Made by a program: the position numbers and the translations under genes
Origin: an uncultured Candidatus Saccharibacteria bacterium
GTDB lineage: Bacteria; Patescibacteriota; Minisyncoccia; Minisyncoccales; CG1-02-41-26
Direction: 5' to 3'
Length of the DNA stretch: 31,270 nt
Assembly (NCBI GenBank): GCA_964417825.1
Contig: CAYQJC010000002.1
Coordinates: forward strand, 1 to 31,270
In this document: positions 14,844 through 23,415 of the stretch, piece after piece
Position numbering within the stretch: position 1 is the first letter of the stretch
Layout of the letters: every line of letters begins with the position of its first letter
Notes under the pieces: model-generated
Told to the model about the DNA's origin: nothing
The model's database searches: none
What the model saw: the letters and a program-made list of their open reading frames with translations, nothing else

Positions 14844-16161
14844 TAATAAATTCTTCTAGTAGATTTAGAGAAACCTTTTTATCTTTATTTAATTTCTCAA
14901 AAATTCTATCATAGATTCCTAATCTCTTATATGTTTTTATCATAGTTAAAATTTTAGCATGTTCAAGTTGGCAAACGGTGGGAATAGGTGAAAATAAATC
15001 TCCGGTTGTTTCGTATTGAGCCCCGAGACATCCCCCAGAACACAAATACTTTAAAGGGCAACTTTCACATATCGGAGCGGTTTTAATATCGAAGGTAATT
15101 GAGCCTATAAGTAATTCTGGGTTCTTACTTTCTATGCCGATAATTCTGCCATTTTTAACAATAAACCTTCCCAATTCAAATGGGGAATAAGATGTCCTAT
15201 GGCAAGGAATAAATGTTAAATCGCCTAATCTTAAATGAAAAGTGGATTGAAGAGAACAGCCTATTCCCCTACCAACAGTTGTTAAGGGAGAATGTAAAAT
15301 GTTATAACCTTTCTTATTGAATACGAAGTCGAGGAAATTGCCTTTGTTTTTTTGGCAAGGAAAATAGTAAGTCCATTCAATCAGAAACTCTATAAATCTC
15401 ATAAACTCTTTAATCTGTTTTTTTGACCACTCAACATTTCTGACTTCTAGTAAATAAATATTAAAAAAGGGAATGTTAAATTTTTTAAAGTTTTTTTGAA
15501 ACCAAAGAAAATTTTTCTGCCAATTCTCAATAAGTACAGAATAAATCATTGGATGGAATCCATAACAATACTTTTTATTAAAAGCGAAAACTCTCTCATA
15601 ATATTCATTATTCCGTTTTTCTTTTCCTGTCTTAAATGGTCTGTTTTTCTCACAATATTTTCCATCAAAGGAAGCTGATAAAATAATAGGCATTTCTAAT
15701 TCTCTTGAAGCTTGGATAAGTTCCTCAACCCGCTTAGTTTTTTCTGGCGAAAGCAGAAAGGTGTAATTGGTAGGAATAACAATGCTCTTTGGCCGATTTT
15801 TTACTGATTTAAACTTATTCAAAATTAGCTCTAAAGCCTTAAATCCTAGTTCCTGCGAGAAAGGTTCACCCCCAAAAATCTCAATTTTTGGATAATATCC
15901 CTTCCGAATAAGCCAGTCTAAAAACAGCGAGAGATTTCTTAAAAGAATTTTTGGGCTTTGAATTTCTATTGGATAAAGTTCTTCACCATAATTAGCCACA
16001 TAACAATATTTGCATTTTAAATTACAAGAAGTATTTAAGAAAATCTCTAACTGTTCAAAGTTAACCAAATCTTCCTTCCAACCCTTGAAAAAAGTGTGGT
16101 TTAAAAATGAATTTACTAATTTGTTATTTTCTTTTTGATAAAGTTTTATTTTTTCTGCCAT
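14833..16161 (-). CDS. Radical SAM/SPASM peptide maturase (non-HxsB/C type)
   Basis: CNLKCKYC, FGGEPF, SPASM-type GIGC..PCHRT..CESCPLKYLCSGGC..VC. Confidence 0.85.
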   Translation of the reverse strand: MAEKIKLYQKENNKLVNSFLNHTFFKGWKEDLVNFEQLEIFLNTSCNLKCKYCYVANYGEELYPIEIQSPKILLRNLSLFLDWLIRKGYYPKIEIFGGEPFSQELGFKALELILNKFKSVKNRPKSIVIPTNYTFLLSPEKTKRVEELIQASRELEMPIILSASFDGKYCEKNRPFKTGKEKRNNEYYERVFAFNKKYCYGFHPMIYSVLIENWQKNFLWFQKNFKKFNIPFFNIYLLEVRNVEWSKKQIKEFMRFIEFLIEWTYYFPCQKNKGNFLDFVFNKKGYNILHSPLTTVGRGIGCSLQSTFHLRLGDLTFIPCHRTSYSPFELGRFIVKNGRIIGIESKNPELLIGSITFDIKTAPICESCPLKYLCSGGCLGAQYETTGDLFSPIPTVCQLEHAKILTMIKTYKRLGIYDRIFEKLNKDKKVSLNLLEEFINEE

Positions 16162-17519
16162 TCTATATATTCTTTTAAAATTTCTTCAAAAGCACCGTTA
16201 GCAAAAAGTCTTATCATTGAGATGGGAGAAAAATGAATAACTCCAGTATTTAAGACATTTTCTGTAGGACATCCAAGGGCTAGATTTAAAAAAATAGCAA
16301 ATAAAATTGCCAAATCTTCATCTAAATAGCATTCGCTTGCTTGACCAACTAAAACAAGCTCCTGAAGCATTGCTAATGTGTAGCTGATTTTTAATCTAGT
16401 AAAATCGTGGTAGTTTCGCCCTACATAAAAAAGTCTTATTTTTTCTTCTAGTTTATTTATATCTACTATAAACTTATTTTTAATTAAATCTAAATTTCCT
16501 TTTTCAAACAAACTTACATCCCAATTTTTTATTTCTTCATTTTTTAAAATACTCTCAATGTACTCTTGATTATTTAAAAAGAAAGAGCGATGGCAAATAT
16601 GCAAATCATTGTCTATTCCCACTCCAAAATTACTATCTCCTCCGCTACAGGTGAACATATAAGGTTTGATAAATAACTCATTCTGATAGTCAAATAATCT
16701 CTTTAGGCGATAAACATAGGTATTTAAAGAACTTTTGACATACTTCCAATGTTGATTTTTTTTATTTTGCTTTCCTAAAATCCTTAAATTTCTAAAGAAA
16801 ATTGCTAATTCTTTCCCGTCAACTGAGGTATATTTCCCAGGGCAAACTAAAGTTGGAGTACAACTAGTTAGCAAACTTACTTTTTGATTTTTGTTCTTTC
16901 TTTTAAATTCTTGGAAAATTTTCTCAAAGAAATCGAAATATTTTCTTAATCTTTCCTTTTTCTTATTCAAGATCTTAATATTGTCAATTGATAAAGTTGG
17001 CTTTAGCGAAAATCTAACATTTAGATTGGTTAAGTTTATGGTATTTAATTTGCTGATTAAATAAAAAAAATTTTCAGTTATTTTTTTTGTTGCTCCAGGA
17101 CCTCTATTGATATCGGTAATAAAATCAGGACCATCTATGGAAATTTGGACTTTAAGATTAATTTTTTTCCTGGTTTTGGTTAAGGCTTTGATAAAATTCA
17201 AAATAATCTCCGGGTTGGTCAAGAGATTGGTCGAAAAAGAGATTCCCACCAGCTTAGGGAAAGTTTTGAAAAGAAAAGATAAAGATTTTTGAATTTTTTT
17301 TAGGGTTAATGTCGGTTCGGTCCCCCAGAATCCTAAATATTGAAGATTCTGACCGTAAGCTCTTTTTAAGGTATCGAGATACTCTCTCTGGTCAAGGTTA
17401 GTTATTATCTTATCTTGGAGAAATCCCATCTGGGAAGTTTTTGGGATATAACAATACTTACAGTTTAAAGGACAGGTAGCTGAAGAGAATAACTCTGTTG
17501 AAACCATTCTTTTGTTCAT
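16146..17519 (-). CDS. Radical SAM peptide maturase with a reduced SPASM/Twitch-like tail (non-HxsB/C type)
   Basis: CPLNCKYC, WGTEPTL, SIDGP, FTCSGG..HICHRS..LGCP; first gene after precursor 2. Confidence 0.85.
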   Translation of the reverse strand: MNKRMVSTELFSSATCPLNCKYCYIPKTSQMGFLQDKIITNLDQREYLDTLKRAYGQNLQYLGFWGTEPTLTLKKIQKSLSFLFKTFPKLVGISFSTNLLTNPEIILNFIKALTKTRKKINLKVQISIDGPDFITDINRGPGATKKITENFFYLISKLNTINLTNLNVRFSLKPTLSIDNIKILNKKKERLRKYFDFFEKIFQEFKRKNKNQKVSLLTSCTPTLVCPGKYTSVDGKELAIFFRNLRILGKQNKKNQHWKYVKSSLNTYVYRLKRLFDYQNELFIKPYMFTCSGGDSNFGVGIDNDLHICHRSFFLNNQEYIESILKNEEIKNWDVSLFEKGNLDLIKNKFIVDINKLEEKIRLFYVGRNYHDFTRLKISYTLAMLQELVLVGQASECYLDEDLAILFAIFLNLALGCPTENVLNTGVIHFSPISMIRLFANGAFEEILKEYIEWQKK

Positions 17520-17560
17520 CGTTTTAGTTTTTCGATTAGCATTAACAATCTTCAGGGTTA

Positions 17561-17995
17561 TTAAGCAAGCAGATTGAGATTTGTATAATCGTCAGTATAA
17601 TTGGTACTAAGAGCAACTGTTTTTTCAGCAGACTTATCACTCAGACAGTGTCCACCTAAATCATCGCTGAAATATATTGAATTATCGGCAGACTTATCGG
17701 CAGAACATCCACCATTATCGTGAGACCCATGAGAACCATGGGAGCCATGGGAATTGTGGGAACTGTGATTACTGTGAGAACCGTGGTCTCCTCTGGCTCC
17801 TGAGTTGTGGAAGGCGCTTGAGTGGGGGGTGGAACTTGAATGGCCAGCCCAGATATTCTTGGCTCCAAAAATAGTAGCCAAGAGAGTTAAACCTAGTCCA
17901 AGCTTGAGGGCATTCTTTTTACTAATCTTTCCTTCTTCTGAAGAGAGGAAAGATTTAAGATTCTTTTTGATTTTGGGGAGGTTTTTCTTTTTCAT
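17561..17995 (-). CDS. hxsA: His-Xaa-Ser repeat precursor peptide 2 with an acidic Cys-containing C-terminal extension
   Basis: Same leader as hxsA1 (PKIKKNLKSFLSSEEGKISKK), IWA-G, HSS..HSS..HNS GARGD HGS HSN HSS HNS HGS HGS HGS HDN, then GGCSADKSAD...GGHCLSDKSAE. Confidence 0.85.
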   Translation of the reverse strand: MKKKNLPKIKKNLKSFLSSEEGKISKKNALKLGLGLTLLATIFGAKNIWAGHSSSTPHSSAFHNSGARGDHGSHSNHSSHNSHGSHGSHGSHDNGGCSADKSADNSIYFSDDLGGHCLSDKSAEKTVALSTNYTDDYTNLNLLA

Positions 17996-18010
17996 ATTTT
18001 GAGTACTAAA

Positions 18011-18841
18011 TTAAAAACCAGCCCATTGGTGACAATAATTATCTCTAATTAATTTTAACCTATTTTCGCAAAGTATTTTCGGATTAGAAATAAAATATAA
18101 GTTACAAATTGTTTTAAGAGAAGGGTTTTTTATTGTCTCACAATTCTCTTCCTTTTTACTACCAAGGGCGAAGAAATATTGCCAAATATCAAGGCATTTA
18201 TCTTTAGTTGACTGGTCTAAAAAATTATCACAATATTTTTTCTCTTTAGATATTACAACCTGACACAAAAAATAGAGAGGCTTTCCTTTTTCAGTCAAAG
18301 GGAAAAGCTGGGAACAGATATTAGTATCTTCTTGAAGATAGGCTCGACAGAAATTTCTGCAATGTTCCTCAGTAATCTTTTCATTAAGGGAATCCTCCTC
18401 CTTTCTCCCCACAAACTCTACACAACTCTGAATGGCTCGATTATTACACTCGCCTTTTTTCTCTACTTCTTCAAAAAAATTATAAGTATAAAAACACCTC
18501 TCACATCCTAGAAAATATTTTGAACCATATAATTGCTCACAAACTTTTATCTCCCTTTCTTGCACTGCTTTACAGGTAATATATTCTGCAAATAAATTGT
18601 TTAATTTATTGCTTAATTCAGTTGGTAAAAGGTGCTTTTTTAACTCCCGGTTTATTACCTCGTTTAAATTAAAATTATTATAACAATATTCTTTTCTCTT
18701 CTCAACCACCTCTAAGGGGACCTCGAAAGAAATCTTTTCTTGTTTTTCCTTCCTTTCTTTTATCATCAGAAAGTACACTATTAAAATCGAACTACCAATC
18801 AGTATTATGAGAATAATTGTAGTTTTTATCGTTTTTTTCAT
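18011..18841 (-). CDS. Cys-rich, N-terminally membrane-anchored protein (family member 4)
   Basis: Likely start is the second Met (18841; the ORF track start 18865 overlaps hxsB). TM IILIILIGSSILIVYFL, 17 Cys, C-terminal RDNYC; ends 15 nt before hxsA2. Confidence 0.8.
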   Translation of the reverse strand: MKKTIKTTIILIILIGSSILIVYFLMIKERKEKQEKISFEVPLEVVEKRKEYCYNNFNLNEVINRELKKHLLPTELSNKLNNLFAEYITCKAVQEREIKVCEQLYGSKYFLGCERCFYTYNFFEEVEKKGECNNRAIQSCVEFVGRKEEDSLNEKITEEHCRNFCRAYLQEDTNICSQLFPLTEKGKPLYFLCQVVISKEKKYCDNFLDQSTKDKCLDIWQYFFALGSKKEENCETIKNPSLKTICNLYFISNPKILCENRLKLIRDNYCHQWAGF

Positions 18842-18846
18842 ATTAT

Positions 18847-20274
18847 CTATCCAGCCCCTAACCACTTATCAAATACCTTTTTTATCTTTTTGTTTTGTAG
18901 TCTCTGAAAGAGGTAATCTAACATTCCTTTGTTTAATCTACACCTATCGTTATTGGGCAAAGAAGCAAAAAGGTTGCCATAAAGAGCATAATTTAGAACT
19001 GGACAGACCCCGCAGTAGGGTTTGTAACAGCAATAGTCACAAGGAAGGTTATCAAGACAAGAAGCTATACAAGCTGCTTTCACAGCATCATGAGAAACTA
19101 TTTCTTGATAACTATTTCTCTTCACATTGCCAATCTTAAATACATCATCTTCCAACATCCTTCCCTCATCGCAAGTAAAAACATCTCCATTGTAATTATA
19201 GGAGAGCTGGCCAATGCCTGCTCCACAGGGAGAACGCAGATCCAGATAACCTGGGTCTTGGTCAGTCAAAATTTTACGAAGCATAACCACCGCTCCCCTC
19301 TCAGAAATTTTTTTCTTTTTAAAATTTAATTCAATGATATAATCCATTGCTTCTCTCCAGAATCTTAAGAATTCCTCAGTTGAGTAACCAATTTTATCTT
19401 TAAGTTTCCCTGAAAGTCCTAAATAACTGAGGGGTCTTAAATGAATAGTTGAAAAACCCCACTTTAGGTATTCATCGATAATTTCTTTGGGGTATTTCAA
19501 TGAATAGCGAGATATAGTTAAAAGAGCATTAACTCGGTTTAATTTTGGATGTTCTTTTCGATAATTATTTATTCTCTTAACCCAGTAGACAGTTTTTTCA
19601 TAGCTATTTCCTCCGATAAGAATTCTGTTTTTGTTGTGAAGTTTTTCTGGGCCGTCTAAAGAAGTACAAAGCCCTACTCTGTTTTTAAAAAGAAATTTTA
19701 ATTTTTTCTCATCCAAAAGTGAAAAATTAGAAACTAGGGTAATCCATAAATCCTTTTCTCTCTTTTTATTTTTTTCTCTAGCATACTCAACAATAAACTT
19801 AACAGTTGGCCAATTAACTAAAGGCTCTCCTCCCTGAAATTCAATAGTTATATTTTTGTTTGGACTACAAAATATCGTATCTACCACCTTGCGAGCAGTT
19901 GGAATATCCATATCATAGCCCTTCTCTTCTAAACTCCGCGAGCTGACCTGACAATAGATGCATTTATGATTACATCTTAGAGTGACCACGACAATGTGTA
20001 AGCTTGGCCCTTGGGCTAAGAAGGCATTTCGAGAACGATATTTTTCTATTAAATTATCAAAGTCTAAGTAGTCTCTGATAAATTCTCTAGATTCCATTTT
20101 CTTGTAGAGTTCTGTCTTTTTGTCTAAGTTTCCTTCCAAAAATCTTATAAACGATTTCTCAGTTAAAAAAATATACTCACCAATGTCATTGGTAAGTAAA
20201 TATTTCCTCCCAAATTTTTTGAACCGGCAAAATCCTATTTTATCTAAGTTAATTTTATCTAAATCAATGTTCAT
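18847..20274 (-). CDS. hxsB: His-Xaa-Ser system radical SAM/SPASM maturase HxsB
   Basis: N-terminal KYLLTNDIGEYIFL region, PSLHIVVVTLRCNHKCIYCQ, IEFQGGEPL, SPCGAGIGQLSYNYNGDVFTCDEGRM, CDYCCYKPYCGVCP; HxS peptide and HxsD neighbours. Confidence 0.85.
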   Translation of the reverse strand: MNIDLDKINLDKIGFCRFKKFGRKYLLTNDIGEYIFLTEKSFIRFLEGNLDKKTELYKKMESREFIRDYLDFDNLIEKYRSRNAFLAQGPSLHIVVVTLRCNHKCIYCQVSSRSLEEKGYDMDIPTARKVVDTIFCSPNKNITIEFQGGEPLVNWPTVKFIVEYAREKNKKREKDLWITLVSNFSLLDEKKLKFLFKNRVGLCTSLDGPEKLHNKNRILIGGNSYEKTVYWVKRINNYRKEHPKLNRVNALLTISRYSLKYPKEIIDEYLKWGFSTIHLRPLSYLGLSGKLKDKIGYSTEEFLRFWREAMDYIIELNFKKKKISERGAVVMLRKILTDQDPGYLDLRSPCGAGIGQLSYNYNGDVFTCDEGRMLEDDVFKIGNVKRNSYQEIVSHDAVKAACIASCLDNLPCDYCCYKPYCGVCPVLNYALYGNLFASLPNNDRCRLNKGMLDYLFQRLQNKKIKKVFDKWLGAG

Positions 20275-20470
20275 TTTTCATTTCGGCTAAAACATAATTA
20301 GAAAATTCGTCCTTTATTATATTTTTAACATCTTTATCTATTTTACTAAGCTCTACTTTTATTTTATTCTTTTCCTCTTTAGTTCCAAACTTAGCCAAAT
20401 TCTTATAGGCCTTGATCGCTTTTTTTACAGCACTGAGTTTGTAAAATCCCTTATTAAAAACAATAGTCAT
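20264..20470 (-). CDS. Short HxsD-like protein
   Basis: 68 aa, FNKGFYKLSAVKKAIKAY...DEFSNYVL, parallel to INPQLYPLEAIYGASYVF...REFLNEIL in 20506-20958; overlaps the hxsB start. Confidence 0.65.
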   Translation of the reverse strand: MTIVFNKGFYKLSAVKKAIKAYKNLAKFGTKEEKNKIKVELSKIDKDVKNIIKDEFSNYVLAEMKNEH

Positions 20471-20505
20471 AGATTCTTAAGAAATAATTTCTGAGTTTTA
20501 ATCTT

Positions 20506-20958
20506 TCATTTTGACTTTTTAGTTTTGACTTTTGATTTTTTACCGTACTTCTCTTCCCAGGGAATAGCAATTCCTAAAGGGTCTTTCTCCCAATCTTCCT
20601 CTGTCCTTCCTTGTTCCAATTCTTCTTGACCTATGGCGGCCAGAAGTGCTTGACCTACAATATATTCTCTAATTTTTTGATTGTGTTTTGAGATTTTCTC
20701 TCTTAGGGTATAATTCAAAATTTCATTTAAAAACTCTCTTGCTAACTCCTCCAATTTCTTTTTGGTCATTTTCTCCTTACCTTTAATAAAAACTTTCACC
20801 TCTTTTTTAGGATTTCCATCCAAAAACAAATAAGCTCGGTCAATGAAAACATAACTTGCTCCATAGATTGCTTCTAAGGGATAGAGTTGAGGGTTGATTT
20901 TAACAGTAATTCTGTTTTCTTTTTTATTAAGTTTAAAATTTACTTTTTTATGACTCAT
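20506..20958 (-). CDS. hxsD: His-Xaa-Ser system protein HxsD
   Basis: EFLNEILNYTLREKI..IREYIVGQAL resembles the HxsD LLNDYxLRE signature; located upstream of hxsB. Confidence 0.75.
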   Translation of the reverse strand: MSHKKVNFKLNKKENRITVKINPQLYPLEAIYGASYVFIDRAYLFLDGNPKKEVKVFIKGKEKMTKKKLEELAREFLNEILNYTLREKISKHNQKIREYIVGQALLAAIGQEELEQGRTEEDWEKDPLGIAIPWEEKYGKKSKVKTKKSK

Positions 20959-20985
20959 TATTATCTCTATTATCGATTGTCAATC

Positions 20986-21528
20986 TTACAGTGGATTATC
21001 GACCTTGCAACAAAGCATATAGCCGGTGGCTGTTCTGCCTTTAGCATCAAAAGCCACATAAGTACCAGCGGGGCAATAAGTAGTTCCTGAACTTCCATAA
21101 TAAACCAAGTGGCAAGTATTTGAATTACCGTTCACTCTGAGATTACCATGGACGTCTAAACTACTTCCAATACTGGCTTTTGGCCAATCTCCTCCATAAT
21201 TGAATCTTAGATCAGAACCTAAGTCTACTATAGCTCTACCCGGGCTTCCTCTTCTTTCACTATATCCTATTTTAAAATCTGCACAGCCAATAGAGGCGGT
21301 ATGATTATCACCTACAGTTAATCCGCCGGCAGTAAAATGACCTTGGACAGTTAAGGCTCCGCTTTTTGTTTGTGCAGTTGGTCCAACATTAATTGGTGCA
21401 TCACATCCAGGATAACCACTCGGGCAAGAAGGAGGAGGGCCTGGAGCATCAGTAAAAGCAAAGATAAAGTAAGTTAAAGTAAAACTTAAAATAATGACAC
21501 TTATTAAAAGGGAGAGTTTTTTAGACAT
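20986..21528 (-). CDS. Secreted CPR-type surface (possibly pilus-associated) protein
   Basis: Signal peptide, then FTDAPGPPP...APINVGPTAQTKSGAL, C-terminal CPAGTYV..LCC. Confidence 0.7.
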   Translation of the reverse strand: MSKKLSLLISVIILSFTLTYFIFAFTDAPGPPPSCPSGYPGCDAPINVGPTAQTKSGALTVQGHFTAGGLTVGDNHTASIGCADFKIGYSERRGSPGRAIVDLGSDLRFNYGGDWPKASIGSSLDVHGNLRVNGNSNTCHLVYYGSSGTTYCPAGTYVAFDAKGRTATGYMLCCKVDNPL

Positions 21529-21562
21529 ATGAGTGTATTTTTATTCCGACCTTTTAGAGTTT

Positions 21563-22150
21563 TTATTTTTTTCCTTTTATTACTTCATCAATTATACCGT
21601 ATTTTTTGGCTTCCTCGGCTGACAGATAAAAATCTCGATCGGTGTCTTTTTCGATTTTCTTTAAGGGTTGGCCGGTGTGGCGAGCTAAAATTTCATTGAG
21701 TTTTCTTTTGATTTTTAGAATCTGTTTTGCTCCAATTTCAATTTCGGTGGCTTGACCAGTAATACCTCCAGCTACCTGGTGTAATAGAATCTCTGAATTT
21801 GGTAAAGCAAATCTTTTCCCTTTAGTGCCAGCAGCCAACAAGGTGGCTCCCATTGAACCTGCTAAACCAACACAAATTGTTGAGACATCACAGTCCACAT
21901 ATTGCATAGTATCATAAATTGCCAAGCCCGCTGTGACCGAACCCCCCGGGGTGTTAATGTAAAGTTTGATGTCTCTTTTTGGATCTTTAGCAGCTAAAAG
22001 CAGAATCTCTGCTATTATTAAATTAGCCAAAGAATCAGTAATTGGTCCCGAAAGAAAAATAATTCTTTCCTCCAACAACCTTGAGAAAATGTCATAAAAT
22101 TTCTCTCCTCTTTGGGATTTTTCAATTACAGTAGGAATGATAGGAGTCAT
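21563..22150 (-). CDS. clpP: ATP-dependent Clp protease proteolytic subunit
   Basis: [45 protein letters not shown]. Confidence 0.97.
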   Translation of the reverse strand: MTPIIPTVIEKSQRGEKFYDIFSRLLEERIIFLSGPITDSLANLIIAEILLLAAKDPKRDIKLYINTPGGSVTAGLAIYDTMQYVDCDVSTICVGLAGSMGATLLAAGTKGKRFALPNSEILLHQVAGGITGQATEIEIGAKQILKIKRKLNEILARHTGQPLKKIEKDTDRDFYLSAEEAKKYGIIDEVIKGKK

Positions 22151-23415
22151 AAATTTTCTAATAATTGAAATACCTTTTCATTATATATTACACCTCTATA
22201 ATACTCTTTCAAGCGCTCCAAATCAATCTCTTTTCCAGCTTTTTCCAGGCTGGGATAGTTTTTTAAAAGTTGGTTAAGAGCTTCAATAACCTCTCCTTCG
22301 TTGACTTTCACTCCTTCTCTCTTGCCGATCTCCCGCAAAATTAAAAAATTCCTTGCTCTTTTTTCTGCTTCAGATTTAAGAGAGCTTTTTAGTTCTTCTG
22401 CACTCTTTTTAATTTTTTGAAGATATTCTTCAAAAGAAGTTTTCAATTGGTTTTTCACATTTTGTTTTAAATCCTCAAATATTCTATCTCTTTCTAAAGA
22501 AATCAAGACTTCAGGAACTTCAAATTTGGACTCTTGAGCTATCTTCTCCAAAATCTCCTTTCTTCTTCTCTCTCGCTCAGCTATCTCTTTCTCTTTGGTT
22601 ATACCTTGCTTGATACTATTTCGGAGCTCTTTTAAATCATTGAATTTTCCTAAACTTCGAGCAAAATCGTCATTAATTTCTGGGAACTCAACTTGTTGGA
22701 CTTTTTTAATCTTAACTTTAAAATTAACCTTTTTTCCAGCTAATTCTTTTTTAAAATAATTTGAGGGAAGAGATAGTTGAAACTCTTTTTCTTCTTCTTT
22801 TTTCATCCCCTCTAAATTTTCTTCAAAACCAGGAACAAATTGGCCTTTTCCTAAGAAAAATCTGTCTTGATAAACTTTCCCATTTTCAATTTGAGGAGAA
22901 GAATATTCAATTTCCAAAAAATCTCCTCTTTTTGATTTTCTTTCTAAGTTATGAAATTTAGCTCTTGATTTTTGCAGCCACTCTAAGGTCTGGTTTACCT
23001 CTTTTTCTTCAACTGAAACTTCTTTCCTTTCAATCCCAGCAGCGATTTTTTTATAATCAGGTAATTCTATCTCTGGTAAGACTTCGATTTTAATCCGAAA
23101 AGAAAAAGGGTTGCCCTGAGCCAACTTTAAAATTTCAACTTGAGGAGAACCGATAACCTCGAGGTTTTTTTCTCTTACTACTTGGGGATATTTCTCTTTA
23201 ATCGCTACTTCTGCTCCTTCAGCTAAAACCTTTCCCTCTCCAATTTCTTTTTCCACAAATTCCCGAGGAATTTTTCCCGGTCTGAAACCTTTCAGAGCTA
23301 AGTTCTCGCTTAAGTTTTGAGCTGCTTTATCTAAGTAAGGAGAAAATTCTGGCCAGGGTAATTCAAAGAAGATCTCAATTTTTGAATCTGAGATTTTTTT
23401 GATTTCAGTTTTCAT
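22147..23415 (-). CDS. tig: Trigger factor
   Basis: KGFRPGKIP ribosome-binding motif, FKBP-like [11 protein letters not shown], tig-clpP order. Confidence 0.95.
   Translation of the reverse strand: MKTEIKKISDSKIEIFFELPWPEFSPYLDKAAQNLSENLALKGFRPGKIPREFVEKEIGEGKVLAEGAEVAIKEKYPQVVREKNLEVIGSPQVEILKLAQGNPFSFRIKIEVLPEIELPDYKKIAAGIERKEVSVEEKEVNQTLEWLQKSRAKFHNLERKSKRGDFLEIEYSSPQIENGKVYQDRFFLGKGQFVPGFEENLEGMKKEEEKEFQLSLPSNYFKKELAGKKVNFKVKIKKVQQVEFPEINDDFARSLGKFNDLKELRNSIKQGITKEKEIAERERRRKEILEKIAQESKFEVPEVLISLERDRIFEDLKQNVKNQLKTSFEEYLQKIKKSAEELKSSLKSEAEKRARNFLILREIGKREGVKVNEGEVIEALNQLLKNYPSLEKAGKEIDLERLKEYYRGVIYNEKVFQLLENL

Noticed and set aside
17656-18002. Alternative ORFs overlapping precursor 2 (17656..17868, 17677..17874, 17805..18002)
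   Set aside because: Frame and antisense shadows of the triplet-repeat precursor, whose leader is conserved with precursor 1.
1056-20958. Prophage or integrative element carrying the cluster
   Set aside because: No integrase, transposase, phage genes, att-like repeats or tRNA target are seen in the window.
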